DNA of 64,000 nt from Bacteroidota bacterium (GTDB taxonomy: Bacteria > Bacteroidota > Bacteroidia > NS11-12g > UBA955). The stretch spans positions 47,076 through 111,075 of the forward strand of contig CAUJCT010000047.1 of the NCBI GenBank assembly GCA_963169345.1, read 5' to 3'. Positions 20,042 to 30,535 of the stretch are shown here, piece by piece. Position 1 is the first letter of the stretch. Each line of letters opens with the position of its first letter. Made by a program: the position numbers and the translations under genes. Under the pieces are notes generated by a model, which was not told the origin of the DNA, made no database searches, and saw nothing but the letters and a program-made list of their open reading frames with translations.

Positions 20042-20979
20042 GAAAACTGAGTTACTTCTTGCTGATTGTATTAAGCCTTGCTGCCTGTAAAAAGAAGAGC
20101 AGTGATAATCCTTATGATGATTGGCAAAATACTTCAAAAGATCCAGCTATATCCGATAAGCCTATTGATGCCAAATCTATACAGGGATTGCATAAAAACA
20201 TCTTTAAACCTACCTGTTCTAACAGTGGTTGTCATGATGGCAATTTCGAACCTGATTTCAGGTCAATTGAGAGTTCTTACAATTCCTTAATCAACAGATT
20301 GAGTACGAATACCGACCCCAATAATCCTCAGTACAGTAAAAGGGTAGTGCCGGGTAATGCAGGTATCAGTATGCTGTTACACAGAATCAAGGAATTTATT
20401 CCGGGTTCTCAGGGAAAAATGCCTCTCTCAGTAGATCCCGGTAGCGATTGGAATGCTAAAAAAGATCAATATATACAGGATATTACAGATTGGATTAACA
20501 ATGGAGCGAAAGACCAGTTTGGCAATAGTCCCGAATCTATCGACTTTAGTCCTCAACTGGGTGGACTCATCGTATTTGCAGATGGTTCACCAACTCCACT
20601 CTCTCATACCGGTTATAATCCTGTGACCGTTCCGGCAGGTACATCCACTATTAAGATTATGGTAGCCTATCTGGATGATAAAACAGCAGTTAAAAGTTTT
20701 GGAGAAACTAAAATCAATTTTACATTGAACCCTTATCAGTACGATAGTACCTGGCAGGTAATGGGGGTTGAAACCAATTCATTTACGGATAAAGGTATCA
20801 GTGGTGATAATATTGAATATTGGCACAGTATCACTCTTAATGTGGCAGATATTGGTGTTTCAGGAGATGTTTTGTGGGTGAGAACGGAGACTACTGATAA
20901 TGTCAATTTGCCATTGTTTATACCATCTCCAAGTACTCCGTTTAATTTCAAAAAATACTTTGCAATTCGTTTGAACTAA
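20038..20979 (+). CDS. lipoprotein with PSCyt-like (Planctomycete cytochrome-C-like) motif
   Basis: Lipobox SLAAC. Motif KPTCSNSGCHDG...SKRVVPGNAGISMLLHRI. Overlaps the upstream stop (ATGA). Confidence 0.5.
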   Translation: MRKLSYFLLIVLSLAACKKKSSDNPYDDWQNTSKDPAISDKPIDAKSIQGLHKNIFKPTCSNSGCHDGNFEPDFRSIESSYNSLINRLSTNTDPNNPQYSKRVVPGNAGISMLLHRIKEFIPGSQGKMPLSVDPGSDWNAKKDQYIQDITDWINNGAKDQFGNSPESIDFSPQLGGLIVFADGSPTPLSHTGYNPVTVPAGTSTIKIMVAYLDDKTAVKSFGETKINFTLNPYQYDSTWQVMGVETNSFTDKGISGDNIEYWHSITLNVADIGVSGDVLWVRTETTDNVNLPLFIPSPSTPFNFKKYFAIRLN

Positions 20980-21419
20980 TGAAGAAATTAAAACTCATAT
21001 CACTGTTTTTACCTGTTGCAATGCTTTGGGGCTGCAAGAAGGATAACAAAGCTGGCGCTGCTCCTACTATCAGTTTTATCAGTGTCAGTTCAGTTGATTT
21101 AAAAGAATACAAAGACAGTCTGACAATACTGATTTCATACTCTGATGCGGATGGAGATATAGGCCAGGATGACCCGGATATCAATGATCTTAAAGTTAAG
21201 GACAGAAGATTGAGTGAAGCCGATTATTATTTTGTAAAACCTCTTGCACCGCCAAATTCAAGCATTGCAATTAGCGGAACACTTGCTATTCAAATAAAAA
21301 ATACTTTCTTACTGGGTACAGGAAACAGCGAGATTACGCAGTTTGATATTCAGTTAAAAGACCGAGCCGGGCATTGGAGTAATACAGTCAATACACCGCA
21401 GATTACAATATCGAAGTGA
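20979..21419 (+). CDS. small lipoprotein, hypothetical
   Basis: Lipobox LWGC. 146 aa. Abuts the upstream gene and overlaps the downstream gene by 4 nt. Confidence 0.5.
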   Translation: MKKLKLISLFLPVAMLWGCKKDNKAGAAPTISFISVSSVDLKEYKDSLTILISYSDADGDIGQDDPDINDLKVKDRRLSEADYYFVKPLAPPNSSIAISGTLAIQIKNTFLLGTGNSEITQFDIQLKDRAGHWSNTVNTPQITISK

Positions 21420-24400
21420 GTCGTTTGATTTCCATAAAGGCAACAATGTTGACTATGATTTTTTGCATAGCGGGAGTTGCTTTGGGTCAGACTACCTATA
21501 AAATGGGCAATGGAAAAGTATATGCCTGTAAAGGAAAATTGACGGATAGCGAAGGGAATTTATCAGCTCCAAAGAAATATGCCAACAATGAGAATTACAT
21601 TTTTACGGTATGTGTAAAGGGTGCCAGTACAATCACCATCAAATTCAACGGGACATTCTGTACTGAGAGTATTTCTGATTTTCTTAAGGTTTACAAAGGG
21701 TCCGATACATCAGGTACTTTGTTGAGAACCTATTCAGGCACCATCAACTATCCAATTTCAATCAATGCCAGTGATACCTGTCTGACTTTTTATTTTCACT
21801 CTGACGCCAATATCGTATGTGATGGTTGGGATTTAGATTGGGAGGCCAAAATTACTTCAGTACCACAGCCTAAATTCAATCCTATCGCAGACCCCAACTG
21901 TAATTCAAATAAAATTAGAGTAACGCTGGATCAAAAGTTCAATTGTGATTCAGTCAAATCTTCTAACTTTAAATTAAGTGGAGCATTAAGCACTGCAATT
22001 GCATCGGTAACAGGGATTAACTGCGACTCAAAGAACGAAACAAATACATTTGATATCACTTTTGCATCTGGACTGAATAAAAGCGGCAATTATGCACTCG
22101 ATTTTACATCTTCATTCAAAGATGCCTGCGATAGTATCTGGACAATAAAAGCCAAATTGAATTTTAAGATTACCAATTGTCCGATTACGGTCGATTTGAA
22201 ATCTGATAAACTGATTATTTGTAAAGGCAGTTGTGCCAAATTAACAGCCGTAATAACAGGAGGCAATCCTTCAAATTATGCTTATACCTGGCTATCGGGT
22301 TCTTTGACTGGAGCCACGCCCAAAACGGTATGTCCGACTTCAGATACCAGGTATATACTACAGGTTTCTGATGGTGTTTCTGTCCCTGGTTCAGATACAG
22401 TTGATATCGTTGTTGCTGACCCACCCGTAGCTCAAAATGATACCACAGTTTGTCAATCAAGTTTACCATTTAATCTCACTGCGAGTCCTTCAGGCGGCAG
22501 CTGGTCAGGAACCGGTATCATCAATGCAGCGTCGGGTACATTTTCACCGGGAGTTTCAGGTGCTGGAACATTTAAAGCTTATTACACCATTGGTTCTTGC
22601 AGAGATTCTGTACTTGTAATAGTCAGAGCTATCAGTGCCGGAACACCTAATGCTGCTTGTCCAAATTCAGCGCCATTTATGGTGACAGGTTTTACTCCGG
22701 CTGGCGGTACCTGGTCGGGCCCGAATATTACCCCGGCAGGTTTGGTTACACCTACTTCTACTCCGGGATCTTTTGTAGTTACTTACACCTGGAATGGTTG
22801 CTCGAGTAATAAAACTATAAACATCGATGGCATTAATCTGGTCAAACATTTCGATACTTTATGTAAGTCGGTACAATACGATACTTTTAAATTTTCACCG
22901 CTGGGAGGCACCTGGTCTGGGCCAAACGTCACCAATCAAAGACTGGGAATTAACCGGCCTGTCTTAGCCGGAGCGGGAAATAAAATGTATATCTACACCA
23001 TTAATGGATGTAAGGATACTTTGAGAAGATTCATTCAGGATGTTGATGCAGGTCCTGATGAAATAGCCTGTCCGGATGCAGGTCAGAGAGTCTTATTAGG
23101 TGGTACGCCTGTAGGTGGAACATGGAAAGGTAAGGGTATACTGGATGCCAGTAACGGGGTGTTTGATGCCGACTCTTTTCAGGTTCCTGGTAAAGTGACT
23201 TTTGTACAAACAACCCTAACTTACACTGCAATTAATGGATGTAAGGATGATAAAATTGTGTATCTCCGTTATACAAAGTTTTATAAAGATACGGTAAAAA
23301 ATTGTGTCAGCGATACCGCCTATTTCATGCGCTATCAGTACTTGCAGAACGACCCCTGGAATGTTTTGTTTACAGGCAGTAAAGGCATTGTTGGTAATAC
23401 GGTTTACAATCAGAAATTCAATCCTTCACTTGCCGGAAGAGGCACTTACAACACCATCATTGCAGATGGAAATGGCTGTAAGGATACTCAAATTATCTAC
23501 GTCTATCCGCGTGCCAACATTCAAAAAGACACCTCGGTTTGTATTGCTGATAATCCGTTTCAATTGTTCAATGGCGCAGGTGCAGGTATCTTTAGTGGTA
23601 AAGGTATTACCAATTCCAATGGCACTTTCAGTCCGGCAACAGCAGGCGTTGGAACTCATCTGATATTTTTTTCTCAGGCAGGAAAATGTACGGATACTTT
23701 AAAAGTTACTGTTAAACCTTTACCTGTTGTTGTATTAAATGGATTGTTGTCAAATTATTGTTTGAGAGATACTGCTATTCCTTTGTTGATTTCACCTAAA
23801 GGAGGCACATTAACCGGCCCGGGATTAATTGATACCATCTTTAATCCAAAGCTCGCCGGTACGGGGTCGCATGTCATCACTTACAAAGTAGGAACAGGCA
23901 AATGTGTACATCAAATTTCAGTGAATATTGACATCAGTGATACATTAAGATTGAGTCTGGACGTAGATAAAGATACTATATGTATTGGAACACCGGTGAC
24001 CTTTAGTACCAACAGCAGCGGCGGACTTGGGGCATATAGTTTGAAATGGGCAAGTGGAGAATACAATGTTCAGAACATCTATACTTTCCCAAAACAAACA
24101 GTCACATACAGAGCGGTCTTAAGAGATGGATGCAGTGATTCAGTCGTCAGACAAGCAACAGTTTTTGTGCATCCGCAAATGTATGGGCAGATTAATACCA
24201 GTGCCATTCAATGTTACGGAAACAAAGGAACTGCCACATTAACCATGAGCGGAGCCGGTCCTTATACGTATTTGTGGAATACCATACCTGTTCAGACTAC
24301 GCCTTCCATTACGGCAAATGTTGGTACGACTTATAAGGTGAAAGTGACCAATTCAAAAACAGGCTGTACTTATGACACCCTGGCGACCATTCCGGGATAT

Positions 24401-24940
24401 CCAAGGATCAGGGCATACTTCGCAATTTCTCCATCCGGGCAGTGTATCTACAGCAACAATCCTGTTATACAGATCATCGATTTAAGTGAAGGCGGCTTAA
24501 CGGGCACCTGGCAATACGGTGATGGTACCCAGGAGCCTTATGTAGCGGGGGTTAATCCATCTCATACTTATCCCGGAGACACCGACCAATACACCATAAG
24601 ATTAATCATCAGCAACAATGGAGGCTGCTCAGACAGTTTCAATGTCAGCATTTGCGTTTTAGATACGGTTGCTTTGTTTATACCAACGAGTTTTACGCCC
24701 AATGACGACGGCAGTAACGATGTATTTAAAATTGAATCTGGCAATGTCGCAGCAGCTTACATTCAGATTTACAACCGATGGGGAGAGAAGGTATTCGACA
24801 CAGACAATCCTAAGCAAGGCTGGGATGGCACTTATGGCGGAAATATATGTCCGACAGACTATTACGTATACGTTATCAGGTACAAGGGCAAGAAAACACC
24901 GTGGAGGTATCTGCGGGGGTATTTGTATCTGGTAAGATAA
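21416..24940 (+). CDS. large (1174 aa) T9SS type-B (gliding-motility-associated) C-terminal domain protein with Ig-like/HYR-like repeats
   Basis: C-terminus FIPTSFTPNDDGSNDVFKIE...IQIYNRWGEKVF...QGWDGTYGGNICPTDYYVYVI is the canonical type-B CTD. Repeated GxWSGxGI modules. Probable true start is M at about 21446 with signal MLTMIFCIAGVALGQ. Confidence 0.8.
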   Translation: MSRLISIKATMLTMIFCIAGVALGQTTYKMGNGKVYACKGKLTDSEGNLSAPKKYANNENYIFTVCVKGASTITIKFNGTFCTESISDFLKVYKGSDTSGTLLRTYSGTINYPISINASDTCLTFYFHSDANIVCDGWDLDWEAKITSVPQPKFNPIADPNCNSNKIRVTLDQKFNCDSVKSSNFKLSGALSTAIASVTGINCDSKNETNTFDITFASGLNKSGNYALDFTSSFKDACDSIWTIKAKLNFKITNCPITVDLKSDKLIICKGSCAKLTAVITGGNPSNYAYTWLSGSLTGATPKTVCPTSDTRYILQVSDGVSVPGSDTVDIVVADPPVAQNDTTVCQSSLPFNLTASPSGGSWSGTGIINAASGTFSPGVSGAGTFKAYYTIGSCRDSVLVIVRAISAGTPNAACPNSAPFMVTGFTPAGGTWSGPNITPAGLVTPTSTPGSFVVTYTWNGCSSNKTINIDGINLVKHFDTLCKSVQYDTFKFSPLGGTWSGPNVTNQRLGINRPVLAGAGNKMYIYTINGCKDTLRRFIQDVDAGPDEIACPDAGQRVLLGGTPVGGTWKGKGILDASNGVFDADSFQVPGKVTFVQTTLTYTAINGCKDDKIVYLRYTKFYKDTVKNCVSDTAYFMRYQYLQNDPWNVLFTGSKGIVGNTVYNQKFNPSLAGRGTYNTIIADGNGCKDTQIIYVYPRANIQKDTSVCIADNPFQLFNGAGAGIFSGKGITNSNGTFSPATAGVGTHLIFFSQAGKCTDTLKVTVKPLPVVVLNGLLSNYCLRDTAIPLLISPKGGTLTGPGLIDTIFNPKLAGTGSHVITYKVGTGKCVHQISVNIDISDTLRLSLDVDKDTICIGTPVTFSTNSSGGLGAYSLKWASGEYNVQNIYTFPKQTVTYRAVLRDGCSDSVVRQATVFVHPQMYGQINTSAIQCYGNKGTATLTMSGAGPYTYLWNTIPVQTTPSITANVGTTYKVKVTNSKTGCTYDTLATIPGYPRIRAYFAISPSGQCIYSNNPVIQIIDLSEGGLTGTWQYGDGTQEPYVAGVNPSHTYPGDTDQYTIRLIISNNGGCSDSFNVSICVLDTVALFIPTSFTPNDDGSNDVFKIESGNVAAAYIQIYNRWGEKVFDTDNPKQGWDGTYGGNICPTDYYVYVIRYKGKKTPWRYLRGYLYLVR

Positions 24941-24942
24941 TG

Positions 24943-24966
24943 AACCTGTCAGGTTGGTTTTTATAA
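24943..24966 (+). terminator. stem-loop AACCTG-t-CAGGTT followed by GGTTTTT, 3 nt after the stop
   Basis: Palindrome plus T-run read directly. A second similar hairpin at 25010-25030 (ACCTG-a-CAGGT + TGTTTTG). Confidence 0.4.
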
Positions 24967-25290
24967 TTATAAGATGTTGATTATCAAAAAATAACAAATT
25001 ATTTTTTGGACCTGACAGGTTGTTTTGATTTACACCTCATTGCAAAAAAGTACCATTTCAAAAGAAAAACTACCATTTATCTAAAATGTGAAAAATAGGG
25101 AAGTTAAATTTGAGAGGCCAGGAGATTTTTTAACTTATTAAAATATGAGCCAAATATTCATTTTCAATGTTTTAGATTTAGTAAAGCAAAATGGAAGTTA
25201 ATCTGAATTTTTAAAAATTAAGGTTCAAAATAAATCCCTCTTTTTTTCGTTTTTAAGATTAAAGTACTATCTTCGTACTTTGTTTTTTGT

Positions 25291-26187
25291 GTGTTCATGA
25301 AAAATATTTATACATCCGCACTCATAGCCCTTATTACATTGCCGCTTACTTTAAGCGCTCAGAAAAAGGCATCTTCTCTCGATTTTGGCCTGTATCTGGG
25401 AGGTTCTAATTATATGGGCGAATTCACTAAAGGCTCTATGCCGCTTTGGGATAAAACCAAGCTGGCTGGTGGTCTGATTTGCAGATTCAATTACGGGCCT
25501 TATCTCACTTTTAAAGGTACAGCAATTTACGGGCAAATAGAAGGTTCTGATAAGAATTTTTCAGATGATGCCTACAGAAAAAGACGTAATCTGAGTTTTA
25601 AATCGGATATCGTCGAATTCTCAATTCAAGGCGAATGGAATATTCTTGGTTATGAGAACACCAGAACCTCTTATGCCTGGTCTCCATATCTTTTTGCCGG
25701 GCTTTCAGTCTTCAGATTTAACCCTAAAGCTCAATTTAATTACAATGCCGCCATTCACGATCCTACTCTTCAGGCTCAGGACGGCGACTGGATAGAACTT
25801 CAGCCTCTCGGAACCGAAGGTCAGGAAACTACTAAATTCAACGACAAAAGACGTTATGCGCTTACTCAGGTGAGCATTCCTTTTGGTTTCGGTGTTAAAT
25901 GGCAACTTAACGACCATTGGGCTTTCGGAATAGATTACGGATGGAGAAAAACTTTTACAGACTATATGGACGACGTTTCTTCCATTTATGTCGATAATAT
26001 CATCGTCGGTGGCGCCAGTGGTCCTATGGCTGTTGCTATGAAAGACCGTGCCCCGGAAGTCGGTGAATTGCCTTTCGAAAACAATGACCCAAGAGGTAAC
26101 TCTGCAACCAAAGATTGGTATATGATTGGTGGTATAACCCTTACATACAGAATCATCGGCGGCCGTCAACCTTGCTTTAATTTTTAA
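25291..26187 (+). CDS. outer-membrane beta-barrel protein (paralog 1)
   Basis: Signal peptide. Alternating amphipathic strands. FTDYMDDVS motif shared with the next gene. Confidence 0.55.
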   Translation: MFMKNIYTSALIALITLPLTLSAQKKASSLDFGLYLGGSNYMGEFTKGSMPLWDKTKLAGGLICRFNYGPYLTFKGTAIYGQIEGSDKNFSDDAYRKRRNLSFKSDIVEFSIQGEWNILGYENTRTSYAWSPYLFAGLSVFRFNPKAQFNYNAAIHDPTLQAQDGDWIELQPLGTEGQETTKFNDKRRYALTQVSIPFGFGVKWQLNDHWAFGIDYGWRKTFTDYMDDVSSIYVDNIIVGGASGPMAVAMKDRAPEVGELPFENNDPRGNSATKDWYMIGGITLTYRIIGGRQPCFNF

Positions 26188-26212
26188 TTGCCTATAGGTA
26201 CAAGCTTACTAA

Positions 26213-27043
26213 GTGTTTCAGGTTGCAAAAAAGTTCATACCGGTAGTAGTCCTTCTACTTTCATTGGATGTCTATTCTCAACGGTTCAGAAATGGAATTT
26301 CCGAAATAGGGTTTTTCATTGGGGGAGCGAATTATTTTGGCGACCTCGCTCCTGAAATTGTTCTCAAAGAAACCAAACCTGCCATAGGGCTTCTCTATAA
26401 ATACCACCACAACAAATATTACAGCAGCCGTTACCAGTTTCTCTATACTTCTATCTCCGGCTCAGATCAAAACTTTGCAGCCAATGCCTATCGCAACCTC
26501 AGCTTCGAAAATCAAATTTTTGAAATAGGTTATACCGGCGAACTCAATTTCATCGCTTTTGGCATGAATAGAAACATGAAGGAAAGTAATAATACGACTT
26601 ACCTTTTTGGTGGCTTCAATCTTTTTACCTGCAATCCAACTGCTACTTTGCCAAGTGGTGACAAAGTTGAATTAAGAGATATCGGTACCGAAGGTCAGAA
26701 ACTCAAAGGAAAAAAAACCTATGCTTTGATTCAACCTGCTATTCAGTTCGGACTCGGTTATAAATTCAATATCAAAAACAGAACTGTCATTGGGTTTGAA
26801 CTTGGATTCAGAAAAACATTTACAGATTATCTCGATGATGTCAAGGGACAATACCCCGATTACAACCAGCTGGTAGCCAAACAAGGTGTAGGTGCAGGTG
26901 AGTTTTCTCAACCTCAAACCACTCATGGCAAACCTGTCATTACTGCAGGTACAATGCGCGGCGACAATCATCTGAACGACTGGTATATGGTGGCTGGTAT
27001 AACCATCACATTCAGAAATATCATCCAAGACCCTTGCCCTTAA
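26213..27043 (+). CDS. outer-membrane beta-barrel protein (paralog 2)
   Basis: Paralog of 25291..26187: GSDQNF, ELQPLGTEGQ/ELRDIGTEGQ, FTDYLDDV, DWYMVAGITITFR. Confidence 0.55.
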   Translation: MFQVAKKFIPVVVLLLSLDVYSQRFRNGISEIGFFIGGANYFGDLAPEIVLKETKPAIGLLYKYHHNKYYSSRYQFLYTSISGSDQNFAANAYRNLSFENQIFEIGYTGELNFIAFGMNRNMKESNNTTYLFGGFNLFTCNPTATLPSGDKVELRDIGTEGQKLKGKKTYALIQPAIQFGLGYKFNIKNRTVIGFELGFRKTFTDYLDDVKGQYPDYNQLVAKQGVGAGEFSQPQTTHGKPVITAGTMRGDNHLNDWYMVAGITITFRNIIQDPCP

Positions 27044-27107
27044 ATCTAATTGTAACTTTAGGCGCTTGATTTCGTTATTACATATCAGAAATTAATCCTA
27101 CTTTTGC

Positions 27108-27872
27108 ATGATTTCATTCCAGTCAATGCCCGCTCAAACTTTACTCTCCAAGATTGATAAAGATAGGATTCCTAACCATATTGCCATTATCATGGATGGC
27201 AATGGACGTTGGGCTAAAAAACGCGCATTACCCAGAGTTGTTGGTCATGAATATGGTGTCAAGTCTGTAAGAACTGTCGCTGAAACCGCAGCTAAGTTGG
27301 GTGTGAAATATTTAACTCTCTATACATTCAGCACCGAAAACTGGAACAGACCTCAACTCGAAGTTAAAGCCATTATGGCACTGCTGGTGAGAACCATTCG
27401 CAAAGAAGTTGCCACGCTTCAGAAAAACAATATTCGTTTGCGTACCATTGGCGATATTTCTGCATTGCCAAAGGAGGCTTACAATGAACTGCAGGAAGCA
27501 ATGGAACTGACCAAGAATAATGAAAGAATGGACCTGGTGCTGGCGTTAAATTACAGCGCCCGCTGGGATATTATTCAAACCACTAAAAAGATTGCAGAAA
27601 TGGTTAAATCAGGTGCAATTGAAGTGGCCTCCATTAATGAAGAACTTATTTCCCACACACTGAATACAGGTACTTTACCTGAACCTGAATTGTTGATTCG
27701 CACAAGTGGCGAGTATCGTATAAGCAATTTTATGTTATGGGAACTCGCTTACGGAGAATTCTATTTTACCGATATATACTGGCCCGAATTCGACCAGGAA
27801 GCATTTTATAAAGCTATTGTTGATTATCAAAAACGAGAACGAAGATTTGGCAAAACAAGTGAACAAATTTAA
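27108..27872 (+). CDS. uppS: isoprenyl transferase (undecaprenyl-diphosphate synthase)
   Basis: HIAIIMDGNGRWA, TLYTFSTENWNRP and RTSGEYRISNFMLWELAYGEFYF are canonical UppS motifs. Confidence 0.9.
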   Translation: MISFQSMPAQTLLSKIDKDRIPNHIAIIMDGNGRWAKKRALPRVVGHEYGVKSVRTVAETAAKLGVKYLTLYTFSTENWNRPQLEVKAIMALLVRTIRKEVATLQKNNIRLRTIGDISALPKEAYNELQEAMELTKNNERMDLVLALNYSARWDIIQTTKKIAEMVKSGAIEVASINEELISHTLNTGTLPEPELLIRTSGEYRISNFMLWELAYGEFYFTDIYWPEFDQEAFYKAIVDYQKRERRFGKTSEQI

Positions 27873-30432
27873 AAACCGCAATTTACTATTCGCAATCCTG
27901 GGTAGCCTATTCTCCTTTTTTGGAGATGCTAACCTCTGTGCTCAGGATACCATCAAACGTTATTTACCCCTCGATTACAATCGCCCCGTCGAATATACCG
28001 TCGTGTCTATCGAAGTGAAAGGCAATAAGTATATTGATAAAAATATCATCATTTTTAATTCTAATTTATCTTTTAATCAGAAAATAAAAATTCCGGGTAC
28101 TGAAATTTCTTCGGCTATAGATAACCTGTGGAGACAAGGCTATTTTTCTAAAGTAACTATCTACGCAAAAAAGATTGAAGGTGATAAAATTTATCTCATC
28201 ATCGAAGTGGCTGAACGTCCTCGTCTTGAAAAATTTGCGCTAAAAGGAATAGGTAAAGCTGAGGCTAAAAACCTGAGAGAGGAACTCACTATTAAGTCGG
28301 GTATGATCATCAACGAAGACCTGCTTAACCGTGTTCAAAGAGAAATAAAAGACTACTACTACAAGAAGGGTTTCTATGGTGTCAAAATCAATATCGTTCA
28401 AATAAAAAGCGATACCATTCCCAATCAGGAAGTACTTAAAATTGCCATCGAAAAAGGCAGTAAGGTTAAACTCTGGGACATCGAATTTGTTGGCAATGCC
28501 GATGTTTCTGATAAGGAGTTGAGGAGAGTACTAAAGAAAACCAAGAGAAAGCGTCTCAAGTACAACATTTTTAAGTCTTCCAAATTTGTGGAAGCTACCT
28601 ATAAAGAAGAACTCAAAGGGATTATCACCAAATACAACAGCAAGGGTTATAGAGATGCTTCCATTACTTATGATTCCATCGTTAAGTTAGGCTCTAACAA
28701 AGTGGTGATAAAGGTAGGTGTAAATGAAGGCAGGAAGTACTATTTCAGAAATATCACTTTTACCGGTAACAATAAATTCAGCAGCGAGTATTTAACTAAA
28801 GTGCTAGGAATTAAGAAGGGTGATATTTACGACCAGACCATTCTGGAAGAACGTATCTATTTTAGTCCAAGTGGTACCGATATTTCAAGTCTTTATATGG
28901 ACGATGGTTATCTGTTCTTTGGTGTAACGCCTGTTGAAGTAAAAGTAGAGAATGACAGTATTGATATTGAAATTCGAATTATTGAACGCACCCAGGCGAC
29001 CATTAATAAAATTATTGTAAAAGGAAATACCAAAACCAGCGACCATGTAGTGTTGCGCGAAATCAGAACCAGACCGGGGCAGAAGTTTTCGAGAAGCGAC
29101 ATTCAGCGTACAGTGAGAGAACTTTCACAATTAGGATATTTTGATCCTCAGGCAATGGGTGTAAATCCTATTCCTAATCCGGCAGCCGGAACTGTAGATA
29201 TTGAATATACTGTTTCTGAAAAAGCCAACGACCAGATTGAATTGTCAGGTGGTTGGGGTGGTAACAACAGAAACAATGTTTATGGTCAGGCTTATGGTTA
29301 TGGTGGTTTAGTAGGAACTCTTGGATTAACACTCAATAATTTTTCTACTCGTAAACTCTTCCATCCGGGCATGTGGAACCCATTGCCATCAGGAGATGGA
29401 CAGCGTTTGAGCCTGAGAGCTCAGTCAAATGGTTTGTATTATCAGTCTTACAATTTCTCCTTTACCGAGCCATGGTTTGGTGGTAAAAAACCAAATTCGT
29501 TCACAACAAGTTTTTATAAAACAGTGCAGTCTTTCGACTCTCGTCCGAAAGATGACCCGGCCAAACAATTCATTAAAATTGCAGGTGCTTCCGTCTCATT
29601 AGGTAAGCGTTTGAAATGGCCGGATGATTTCTTCTCAGCGTTTTATTCTGTCAGTTTCCAGCAGTACAATCTTCAGAACGCCAATGGTGCTTATGGTTTA
29701 CAGTTGAATACCGGAAGAAGTAATAATCTCGAGTTTAAATATGTGTTGACAAGAAGCTCTGTTAACGAGCCTATATTCCCTGCCAGTGGTTCTACTTATG
29801 CTTTGTCAATTGCAGTAACACCACCAATGTCATCATTGACAGGTATTGATTATGCCAACGCAAGTGTCAACGAAAAATACAAATGGATTGAGTACCATAA
29901 GTGGAAATTTGATGCAGAAAACTACACCAAAGTGTTTGGTAAATTTGTTATAGCAACCAAGATGCGTTTTGGATATTTGGGGTATTACAATAAATCAATT
30001 GGATTGTCTCCGTTTGAAAGATTTATGGTGGGTGGTAGCGGACTGAACAGTTTTGGACAGATAGGTACAGAGATTATATCATTAAGAGGGTATCCTGACC
30101 GAACCATCACTCAAAATTCAGTTGGCAACAGCAATTCAGGTGCAGCAATATTTAACAAATTCACTTGCGAACTCCGATTCCCTGTTACCAATTCGCCGAG
30201 TGCTTCTATATATTTACAGGCATTTGTCGAAGCAGGAAACGCCTGGGTAGCAACGAGGTATTTCAACCCGTTTGAGGTGAAGAGAAGTGCGGGAGCAGGT
30301 GTACGATTGTTTTTGCCGATGTTTGGATTGTTAGGGCTAGATTACGCTTATGGTTTCGATTGGAAAACATTGAGTCCGGGCTTAACAACCAAACCAGGAC
30401 AGTTCCATTTCTTTATTGGACAGCAGTTCTAA
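27817..30432 (+). CDS. bamA: outer membrane protein assembly factor BamA
   Basis: 871 aa. Five POTRA-like repeats followed by an Omp85 barrel, with C-terminal ...FHFFIGQQF. The ORF overlaps uppS by 56 nt, so the true start is uncertain. Confidence 0.85.
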   Translation: MLIIKNENEDLAKQVNKFKNRNLLFAILGSLFSFFGDANLCAQDTIKRYLPLDYNRPVEYTVVSIEVKGNKYIDKNIIIFNSNLSFNQKIKIPGTEISSAIDNLWRQGYFSKVTIYAKKIEGDKIYLIIEVAERPRLEKFALKGIGKAEAKNLREELTIKSGMIINEDLLNRVQREIKDYYYKKGFYGVKINIVQIKSDTIPNQEVLKIAIEKGSKVKLWDIEFVGNADVSDKELRRVLKKTKRKRLKYNIFKSSKFVEATYKEELKGIITKYNSKGYRDASITYDSIVKLGSNKVVIKVGVNEGRKYYFRNITFTGNNKFSSEYLTKVLGIKKGDIYDQTILEERIYFSPSGTDISSLYMDDGYLFFGVTPVEVKVENDSIDIEIRIIERTQATINKIIVKGNTKTSDHVVLREIRTRPGQKFSRSDIQRTVRELSQLGYFDPQAMGVNPIPNPAAGTVDIEYTVSEKANDQIELSGGWGGNNRNNVYGQAYGYGGLVGTLGLTLNNFSTRKLFHPGMWNPLPSGDGQRLSLRAQSNGLYYQSYNFSFTEPWFGGKKPNSFTTSFYKTVQSFDSRPKDDPAKQFIKIAGASVSLGKRLKWPDDFFSAFYSVSFQQYNLQNANGAYGLQLNTGRSNNLEFKYVLTRSSVNEPIFPASGSTYALSIAVTPPMSSLTGIDYANASVNEKYKWIEYHKWKFDAENYTKVFGKFVIATKMRFGYLGYYNKSIGLSPFERFMVGGSGLNSFGQIGTEIISLRGYPDRTITQNSVGNSNSGAAIFNKFTCELRFPVTNSPSASIYLQAFVEAGNAWVATRYFNPFEVKRSAGAGVRLFLPMFGLLGLDYAYGFDWKTLSPGLTTKPGQFHFFIGQQF

Positions 30433-30535
30433 AAAAGAACCCTTTTTATCTCTTGAAAATCAAAGGGATAATTATTTTGGAAAATAATGAAGATTGGTTT
30501 ACCTTTGCAATCCGTTTTGAAAACCGTTCTGAGAG

